Shown piece by piece: positions 41,001 to 49,672 of a DNA stretch of 64,000 nt; the first letter of the stretch is position 1, and each line of letters starts with the position of its first letter. The stretch is from NCBI RefSeq assembly GCF_964194025.1, contig NC_134478.1:30380001-30444000 (forward strand), in the 5' to 3' direction. Origin of the DNA: Convolutriloba macropyga (Eukaryota). The position numbers and the translations under genes were made by a program. Below the pieces are notes generated by a model. It was not told where the DNA came from. It saw only the letters and a list, made by a program, of their open reading frames with translations, and searched no databases.

Positions 41001-42028
41001 TATAAGCTTGGCATACATCTCCGGGTCGTTGCTTGTCTCAAGCGGCAGCTTAATCACAGTCACGGCCAAATCCGTCATTTTGGATGCAAACTCCATCGCA
41101 CCCTCCACATTAGTGTAGTAACTGATGCCAATGAAGAACTCATAGCCAGTGAACAAAACATCACCCCCAACAATTCTCTTGGGTTCCTTCTCCACTCCAT
41201 TTTCCATTTCATCACCAGCAGCAGCACCACCGTTCAGTTCCATCGGGTTATGGGGAATAGCTGAGGCGTACTCTTCCATAAAAAGGATTTCGATCCCGTA
41301 GTCTTTCAAGGCAATTTTGAGTGACTTGATTTCTAGCTCACGAGGGTCGCCCGATTTTAGACCTCGAGTAAGCAGTGCTTTGCCATTGAACACGACAGCT
41401 AAAGTAAAGACAAGGTTTAGATCCCGTTCTACAGTTAGTAAACGATAATCGCGCAGCTGTCAAAATTTCTGCTCTCGAAGTTCAAGCTAAATCCAAGTTC
41501 TTTCAATGACAAGAAAGTTGTACCAAAGATGATTCAGTATTAACTAAAAAGATGACATTATTTTAAAATCTCAGACTAGAATGAAAAATCATTTAAGAGC
41601 TGCCTTTTAACGGATGTGACATTTTAAGTACTCCATGGCACAATGCAAACATTAAAAGAGACATAAAAAGTTCCAACTACCCAGAAACAAATGACATCAA
41701 CAGAAATGTTTTAATGAAACCACCTGAACGAATATTCTCATTTTGAATTGTACTCGAAACAAAGTAGTGTAGCATAAAATGAGGGCCTCTTACCAAGGTC
41801 CTCCACGAAGCAACAGAGGGGCGTCTTTTCTTCGGGCACCAACTCAGTCACATCCAAGTGCATCTTCTCTCTCAGAATGTGTAGCAGATCCAGTTGTTCT
41901 CTCTTAAGCAATTCACGGTTGGGTCTAGCCTTTTGGTACTCCGGGTACTTCTCAATGGAGTTGGGCACTCGGCTGCCAATAGCAGCGTTGAACTGTCCAA
42001 ATTTAGGATACCTACTTGCCACTGACAT
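38041..42028 (-). CDS. DDAH: DDAH (dimethylarginine dimethylaminohydrolase)-like protein, 3 exons (42028-41794, 41398-41017, 38407-38041), ~327 aa, catalytic residues replaced
   Basis: Motifs FVEDLAVV..ALLTR, GGDVLFTGYEFFIGIS..TN..GA, ANCMYING and IPVPASEF align with DDAH1; GT-AG junctions in compatible phases give 984 nt (328 codons). Confidence 0.85.
39301..40932 (+). mobile_element. HINE family B copy in DDAH intron 2
   Basis: 5' TGTTCCGACCCCACTTGTGAGGGGAGGAAC; 3' GGGCCGGAAA, hairpin TGTGCAAACGCACA, CTTGTT; colinear with 16581-20153 but with internal deletions. Confidence 0.8.
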
Positions 42029-42215
42029 TATACTTCTGAAGTTATACTCTCCATGTTACACTCAGCTTTCAAAATGATAAAATTTAATAGGTACGGTCGC
42101 AAAAAATTTCTAGAAAAAGTCACGCGTTCATTCTTTGCTAAACCACATGAAAGACGTTTTATTGTACAATATTTGGAAGAGGAATTCAAAACTAGATCAA
42201 TATTTAAATTTTTTG

Positions 42216-42782
42216 TTATTTTGAACGATCAACGACCTCTTGCACAGCTGTAACTATCGTATCAATATCTGCCATATTACCGTCACCAACTTCGCCACAA
42301 ATCAGAGTTTTTGATATTGTTGGAACCATTGTGAACTTTAAAGTTTCAGTCAATGTTTTCAAATGGTCTCGAGTTAAAGGATGCTCATACATCTGAGTAT
42401 TCATAGCAGGACAAAATAAAACTGGTTTATTTCCCGGCTGACAGGCTCTGATTATACAAGTCAGTAGATTGTCGCACATCCCCTGGGCTATTTTGGCCAG
42501 TGTGTTAGCGCACAGAGGCGCAATCAGAATTATATCAGCCCAGTTGCGCAATTCGATATGTTTTACAGGGTCACCTCGCTTAGACCATGAATTCCACTCA
42601 TCCTGGTTGGTAAAAATTTCGCATTTTTTCAAACTTTCATGCTCTGCATCGAAAAAATGACGGCCGTTTTCGGTGGTAACTATTCTTATTCTAACATGAC
42701 CCAACTGAGACTCAAGTTTGCTAACTAAATCGTATATTTTAATAGTCGCAACACTTCCAGTGACGCAAAGAAGTAAATTCAT
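42216..42782 (-). CDS. PPCDC: Phosphopantothenoylcysteine decarboxylase (HFCD flavoprotein), intronless, ~188 aa
   Basis: TGSVA, HIELRNWAD, APLCANTLAKIAQGMCDNLLTC, PAMNTQM and LICGEVGDG motifs; the track start at 42824 is GTG, first ATG is 42782. Confidence 0.93.
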   Translation of the reverse strand: MNLLLCVTGSVATIKIYDLVSKLESQLGHVRIRIVTTENGRHFFDAEHESLKKCEIFTNQDEWNSWSKRGDPVKHIELRNWADIILIAPLCANTLAKIAQGMCDNLLTCIIRACQPGNKPVLFCPAMNTQMYEHPLTRDHLKTLTETLKFTMVPTISKTLICGEVGDGNMADIDTIVTAVQEVVDRSK

Positions 42783-42992
42783 TCTTTGGGCATTAAGAAT
42801 CTTAAATACAACAAACTGAAACACATGCTCTATTCTATGCTCCAGCTAGACAAAAGTAGCAAACAATTATCTTTTACAACAGAAAACTCGCCTTTTACAG
42901 AGACCAGCAACACCACACACGCACATTTACCTAACGTAAGAACTTTCAGATTTAAGATGAAAAGAGATCATCGTAGCCAGATGCTATTATTT

Positions 42993-44455
42993 TCAGTGTT
43001 GATCAGTATAATGCGCATAACTGGCTTCGTTTCTCTCATCATACATAGGTTTAACGTCTTGTTGCCACGACCACTGGTCTATGACCTTCAAACTCCTCAT
43101 TGGCTGCACAACCCCGGTCACTTTGGCCACTTTCTTGATAGGAATCGGCTCTTCACCATGTTTGGCCCTCGGCTCGTTAACAGCCTTCACTGCACTCAAT
43201 GGTCGAACTCTTTTATCTTGATTATATTTGATATCTTCGTCAAGCTTTGGCCGCTTCGCTTCAATGAATGACCAGTTGAGCGTTTGCCGCTTGTTGTCAA
43301 ATTCCCTACTTGGATCAATCTCAAAATCAGAAGCATCTGATTTTTCTTCAGCCTGTTCAGGTATCTCAAAATTTTGATTAGCAATTTCAAAGTCATGTGA
43401 ACTCTGGCGACTACTTGATGAATGCGGACTTCCGTTGCTTTAAAAATCAGATGTCACAAGAAACTCCGGACAACTATTTGTTAATTTAGTGAAACCAAAC
43501 TAAGAAACTTTTTCTTAACTATTGGTTTAGTTTTCAAAGAATGGTAAAAAAATTAAATATTCGCATATATACAGACCTTGCCAACATGGATAAAGCAATG
43601 AATTTCTCTGCATAGCACGAAAGAACATAACTTCTGCTCGAGAATAGATCAAATGCTGAGAATGCGTTATGTTTAAAGTATGTCCAACATTATTTACTTC
43701 TGTACTGAAACCATATTTGTTGGCCATAATAAGCCTTGGGTCGGAACAAAATGAAGCTCGCTTAATTTCTTATGATCATTATATTTAAAGCTCCCATTAT
43801 TTCCTCTCGATGCCAATTGATTAGCGCAATTTTGCTTTACCTCAATTTTGACCTTATACTTACAGCTCAAACTGGCCTTTTTCTCGCTGAAAATCAGCAC
43901 TTCGATTTCCAGAATGGTTGAGTTTTCGCAATTCAAGACGGCTCATCGAACAATTGTAAGCGGCTTGCGCCTCTTCCATTCGAAGCTCTTTAATCCTGCA
44001 AAATAGCATATAAAACAAAATCTACGCAGAAAAAGAAAGACAATATGCTGTCAATACTTTGGTTTTAAAACTTTTGCAGCCTCAAAAGAAGTGCATCGCA
44101 TAGCGTCCGTTATGCGTATAATGTTATTCTCGAGCTCATTCCATTCCGTTCGAAAGGCGTCCGTGTCCATTTTGTTCGACTTCTCCTGCATGTCAACCTG
44201 ACGCTCCATATTTGAGATTGCATTTAGAGAAGAAATCTTGGCGTCTTCAAGAGTCTTTAGAGTTACTTGATTCTCATAAATACGCCGCTTTTTGGAGTCA
44301 CAATCTGCCTTCAGTCGGCATGTTTCGGCTTCAGAAATCGCTCTTTCGTCGACAAATGATTTTGATTTTTGGTTTTCGTTTTCTAATTTTTGTTTCAAAT
44401 TATCAATTTGATCTTTCCACCTACCAGCGATACTACGGATGTTCTCGTGATACAT
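42993..44455 (-). CDS. Uncharacterised coiled-coil protein, exons 44455-44058, 43995-43864, 43437-42993 (>=324 aa)
   Basis: GT-AG junctions (AA|GTATTG..ttgcAG; CT|GTAAGT..taaAG) join into a 975-nt open frame; heptad-rich N half and disordered-looking C half. Further upstream exons are possible. Confidence 0.7.
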
Positions 44456-44500
44456 GGCAACAATCTCTTTGAACCCTCAAACAGAAACTAGAATTCAATT

Positions 44501-44700
44501 TGTTCCGACCGAAGTTGTGGGAAGAACTATATGCTCAGCTGGTTTCTTTTGTTTAGTCAATTTTGGCCAATTGATATATTTATAGTACAGAGTTGCGTGC
44601 TATCACTAGACAACCCGTCAAGCGTAGAGGGTAAAATTAAGATTTTTGAAAACTTTGTCTTTTTGAGGAGTTAATTAAAAGTTTTTCTGAACATTTCATT
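44501..44700 (+). mobile_element. HINE family B 5' fragment
   Basis: TGTTCCGACCGAAGTTGTGGGAAGAACTATATGCTCA and the following ~180 bp match the family B 5' end. Confidence 0.6.
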
Positions 44701-44859
44701 TTTCACTGATTTTGTTGACAATTTTAGCCATTTTTCCCACACTTTGGCCAACTATGATACTATTTTCAAAAAAGAACCGACAAACGTCGAAAAAAATTAC
44801 TCTCGAATGACAGGCGGGGCGTAAATTTTTCTTTATGGATGCAAAACATCAGACGAAGT

Positions 44860-44934
44860 TAGGGTTAGAACCCCGACCTCCTGAGTCCGGTTCCTTCCTC
44901 GACAGAGGCATTAACCACAACACTATCAGGGCCT
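44860..44934 (-). mobile_element. Possible tRNA-derived SINE head
   Basis: Minus strand GGCCCTGA-TAGTGTTGTGG (A-box-like) ... GGGGTTCTAACCC (B-box-like); no full cloverleaf. Confidence 0.3.
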
Positions 44935-45049
44935 TGTCCTCGTTTCTCTAAAATTTGCTTCTCTTTTGCAAAACTATTTCAGAGTGAAATGTTGTTGTTG
45001 TTGGGGATTTACAGTTTTCACTGAAGGGATTTTCGTCCCAGTCGTCGTC

Positions 45050-47856
45050 TTAGAAAATTGTCCTATTATTTCTGCAGATCTGACAGTCACAGCATAGATG
45101 CCAGCTACAGATGTTATTTTCGTCGAATCGCTCGTTTACAAACTTCCACGTGAAAATTAAAACTCGATTTTTAGGGCCTTTTTTCGTATTAAATTCAATG
45201 TATTTTTCTATTCGATTTGCTAGTCTGAATGTACGGAAAAAGAAATAATTTTTAGCCTTTTCAGTTCTGGTTTTCGGGAGCTTGAATAAATCATTTGTTC
45301 TCCCTTTTTCTGAATTTTGTTTCAGCATTGGTAAAAAGCTATCGTCTTCTGTCAATTTCGATAAAAGTAGAATGTCATTTAGTTGCATGAACATTGGTAG
45401 TGGTAGTATGTTAAGAAGTCTCAGTTGATTTGGATACGGTATGACTTTTTGTCCAAGGACCCATTTGACTACTTTCTTTTGAAATCTTTCAAGCTGTTGT
45501 AGCTCACCTCGGTTCGGATTTGTGCATGCAGAGCCATATAAGAGTACTGGCAAAATTAGTGACTTGTAGAGTCCGAGCTTGATCTCCTGTCTTACTTGAA
45601 GAGCTGTGTTTCGTCGAAGTAGGTAGAGTACTTTGTTCGCTTTTTTCAGTCGCTCTTCGATGTGTGTCTTCCACGTCAGGTCATGGGAAACATAGATGCC
45701 GAGATCTTTGATGACTTTGGATGACTCTAGTTTAGTGCCCATAAGCTCGTAATTTTCTGTTTGACCTCTTATGCTCAGCTTTGCACATTTGTCCATGGCT
45801 ATTTTCATTTTATTTTTGTTAACACACTGTTCAATACCAATGAGATCGTTTTGAACTTGCCAAAACGTTTTCTTCACTGCAAGAATTTTTACGTCATCCG
45901 CGAAGATAAATGGGTCAGAGAAAACTAACACATCAGGTAGGTCATTGATGAATATGCAAAACAGGAGTGGTCCGAGAAGAGAACCTTGGGGTACCCCACT
46001 TGTTACATCTAAAGTTTCCGATCTTGTGTTGTCTACCCGAATGAATTGTTTCCTATTGTCTAAGTAGTCAATGATAATTTCTAATAGGCAACCTCCCACT
46101 CTAATATTTGCAAGTTTTTGTACAAGCTCAAAATGCGGCACTTTGTCGAAAGCTTTGGAGAAATCTGTGTAGAATGCTACAATTTCGGTGCTTGATTCGT
46201 TATCGAGTGCGTCGTGAATTGATTTCAAGAGGGATAGCATATTTGTATTAACTGTTCGCTTTTTAACAAATCCATGTTGGTGTTCTGTTAGGAATTTTTC
46301 GAAGTTAGCGTATAAAGCTGAACAAACGCATTTCTCAAAAACTTTAGTGTCAATGTCTAAAAGAGACTGGTCGGTAATTTTCTACTTTCTGTCTGTCATC
46401 TTTTTTGTAGATTGGTGTCACAGCTGCAATTTTCCAGGAGTTTGGGATTTTTCTCAGTCGTTTTATCTGCTTGAAAAATACGTTTAAATTCTTACTTGTT
46501 TCGCGTGCTGTACGTTGGAAAAATGCAGGCGGTATGCCATTTGGGCCTCGCGACTTTGTGGCATCTAGCGAAAGAAGTATTTCTTAGATTGCTTTCTTTG
46601 AGATTTCGAAGTTTGTAATTTCAGGATTTCTCAATTTTACATCTTGTATACTGAAAGGAATTTTGGGTGAGAACACTGAGTGACTTGCTCTTGCATTTTT
46701 GTGCTCTGTTGATTTTCTTTGATTAGTAATTTTGGAAGGCTGGGTGATTTTTTCAGGCTTTTCAAGTGTTTGAAGATTGTACCGGTATTTCTTGCACGCA
46801 TGATTTTCTCCTGATATTCAATCCTGTCCAGTTCCGATGATTCTATCAATTGGTTTTCAAGTTTAAGAACTTCTTGTTTTTGATAACTAGTGGGTTTTTC
46901 GGATAAGAGTCGTTTTTGGGTTTAGAGTCTCTTCATGTTGTAAGAAGTGAAACTTGATATCCAGGGAGGTAGACTTTGTCGGTGTCTAGTTCTTTTGGGG
47001 ACGTGGACCTCGAATATTTGATCCATGTTCTGGTAAAATTCTTCGCACATGTTGTTTATGTTAGTGAAGCAAACTGGTTTGAAGGGTTCAGTACTTAAAA
47101 TATTATTTATGCTTTCGTAGTCAGCGTTTCCGAAACTTCTAAAATTTTCAAGAGTTTCTTTGGCGTCTTGGCGTGGACATTCTAATGTTAACTGGATTGA
47201 TTTATGATCCGAGCAGTTGTAAATTGAGGAAAATTTCTTGTCGAGATGTGCCACCAAATTACAATTTTTGTAAAATGCTACATCTAGAGTGTTCTGCACA
47301 GAGGTGGGAAGTTTATGATTTGTCTGTATAGGGATTCCTCAAACAATTCAATGACTTCGTGTTCTTCTTCATTTGTACTTGCTAGAGTTTTCCAGTTAAC
47401 ATCAGGACAGTTTATATCCCCACATATAATGGTCATTTTTGATTTAGGAATGATTTTAAGGAGTTTTGGGAAATCGTTAGCCTCGTAACGGTACGGGCTA
47501 GTTCTTGGGGGGTTGTAAAAGGCACAAATAAAAATTTAGTTCTCAGCTAATTGTATTTTGCAGACAAGACTAGAATCCGGTTGATCAGAAATGACTCTTT
47601 CGGAGATGAAGGAGTTCTTTATTGCTATGAGGGCGCCTCCGTGGGTATTTTTGTCTTGATCCATTTGTCTGTCTTGTCGGTAGATATAATAGTCATTTAA
47701 AAATAGTTCAGATGATGGAATGTTATCATTGAGCCAAGTTTCACAGAGACATATAACGTTGTAGTCTGAGTTTATTACAGCATTTGCAAACTTAATTCTC
47801 CTCTCTACGTTCACAAGGCTCCTTACGTTTAGTTGCAGAATGTTAACAAAACCTAG
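45050..47856 (-). pseudogene. LINE copy 1 ORF2: AP endonuclease + reverse transcriptase, interrupted
   Basis: ILQLNVRSL, CLCETWL, HGGALIA, SDH (APE); YTDFSKAFDKV, GVPQGSLLGP, FADD (RT); C-terminal CSWHLCCDCQIC. Confidence 0.95.
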
Positions 47857-48745
47857 TCAGTTTGACTTGGTTCCTACGGAGGCAATCTCCACTTTCGCAC
47901 CATCGTTGAATAGTTCTAAATTTCGAATTTTTAGTTTATCTCGAGGAACTCCCTCTGTCAACAGTTCTCTTCTCTTTTTCAGAATCAGGTTTTCTTTGAG
48001 GGCATCTTCTTTGCTGAGAGCTGGTAGCAAGTAAATATTTCTCTTTGCTAATTCCTCTCGATGTTCAATACTTTTGGCTAAGGCTAGCCTGGCTTCGTGT
48101 TCGTTAGCAACCGTTACTAAAAGAGTTCTTGGTTTCTTCCGTTCTCTCTTGAATTCACCTAGTCGTTTGAGTTCCTTCACTTCAGGCCTAACGCCTATTT
48201 CACTCAGTATTTCATTTACTTCGTCAGTTGTGGGGACAAGATTTTCAGCTTCTGTTTTGTTATGATCTTCAGGGATCCCTTGTATTCTGAAAATTTGTTT
48301 GATGTTGTCGACGCCTTTCTCTATCTTAATTAACTTTCCAAGTTTCCTATCTGTCTCCTGTGTGGATTCCACGGAGACCACGCAGCATACGTTTCATCAA
48401 CTTTTTCACAAGTTGTTTTGATGGCGGTTTCTATTTTTCTGTCTACAAGCTCATTCAATCTCTTTTCCATGTTTTTGAGTTGATTGCTAAAGTCCAATTT
48501 TTCTATCTTCTCAGTCATGTTCGCCATTGTTCTGCATCTTATGAATTTATCTCGCTCGTTTTTGTCCACGCATTTATTGCAGAGAAGCATAATGTTGTTT
48601 CCGAGATCTATTATCCCGTTGAGGGAGGCCACGGAAAGTCCTGTGCAAATTGTCGTCATGTGTATATGACAGTTGCAGGCAACACATGTATATGTTTTCT
48701 CTTGTGCCTGTATTGGCTTGTTACAGGTCTTACAATTTTTCCCAT
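47857..48745 (-). pseudogene. LINE copy 1 ORF1: PHD finger, coiled coil and RRM-like C-terminal region; two frameshifts
   Basis: CKTC..CVAC..H..C..CNKC; FRIQGIPE..KRLG..KPRTLLV; ATG at 48745 inferred from homology to copy 2 (MGRNCKTC). Confidence 0.85.
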
Positions 48746-49021
48746 TTGTTTCATAAGCTATGATCAATTCCAATTGAACTTAATCAGCAGGAATCTCACA
48801 GAACTTACTACGTTGACTTAAAATTTTGATCAAGACCAATTGTACTTAATCAACAGGAATTTCACAAAATAATTTGATGAAGACTTAAATTTTTGATCGA
48901 CTCCAACTGAACTGAATCAATAGGATTTGCACAAAAATTTGGAATAAAAATTGCGATAGGGCTTAACAAAAGCTAAACGATTTTGCTTAAATTGACGATT
49001 GGGACTGAAAACTGGTTTTGA

Positions 49022-49672
49022 TCAATTCCAATTGAATTCAATCAATAGGAATTTACAAAACCAACCTAGTGCTAGATTTACTAAAATTTTGGCTGCGTTT
49101 CGTTTCTTTTGCTTTTTCTTTCGTTGCTGTTGAGACGGGCTGTGTTTCTTTTTGATAAACGCTTTTAGATTGTCGCCGTGATTTCGTACAATAGTTAGGG
49201 TTTTGATTTCGAGGTGTGGTGCAAGATGTAGTTGGCTGTAGCTGCGAACAAGTTCTTTGTCCTTTTGCTTTCGCCTCGAGAGAAGGTCCTTTACGATGTG
49301 TAGAACAGGTATTCCTGTTCCCTTCAGCTCTTTGTAAACGTCTGGTGCCCCTTCTTTTACGCAGTAAACTATTCCAACTACTTTATGCTTGATATTCTTG
49401 ATTTCGTTCACAAGTTGTTCTGGGGTAAGTGGCTTTCTGGGGTCTTTGCGGGGGCTTGCCACAGAGTTATTGACTAGATCGTGCCAAATAATCAACTGCT
49501 CGTTTTTCGGTATCAATCGAAGTCGTTTTTGAATAATTTTAGACTTATCTTGAGCTCCTCGGTGAAGATTGTATCCTGGCTTCTTGATCACTTGTCTGGA
49601 TAATCGCTTCTTGATGTTTGTCCACCTCTCCAAGGAATGGTGAAGAGAACTTGCTCCAATAACAATTACCAT
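49022..49672 (-). CDS. LINE copy 1 ORF0: SGNH/GDSL-hydrolase-like protein with basic C-terminal tail, 216 aa, open
   Basis: VIVIGASSL (block I-like), PG (II), IIWHDLVNNS (III-like), SQLHL (V-like); homologous frames occupy the same position in copies 2 and 3. Confidence 0.7.
   Translation of the reverse strand: MVIVIGASSLHHSLERWTNIKKRLSRQVIKKPGYNLHRGAQDKSKIIQKRLRLIPKNEQLIIWHDLVNNSVASPRKDPRKPLTPEQLVNEIKNIKHKVVGIVYCVKEGAPDVYKELKGTGIPVLHIVKDLLSRRKQKDKELVRSYSQLHLAPHLEIKTLTIVRNHGDNLKAFIKKKHSPSQQQRKKKQKKRNAAKILVNLALGWFCKFLLIEFNWN

Noticed and set aside
42786-43271. 161-aa plus-strand ORF and other antisense ORFs over PPCDC, DDAH and LINE ORFs
   Set aside because: Shadows of real coding sequence on the opposite strand.
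45001-45050. Hammerhead ribozyme (CTGAAG..) in the LINE 3' UTR, or HDV-like ribozyme at LINE 5' ends
   Set aside because: CUGANGA/GAAA core and the required helices are not in the right order; no nested double pseudoknot is visible at the 5' ends.
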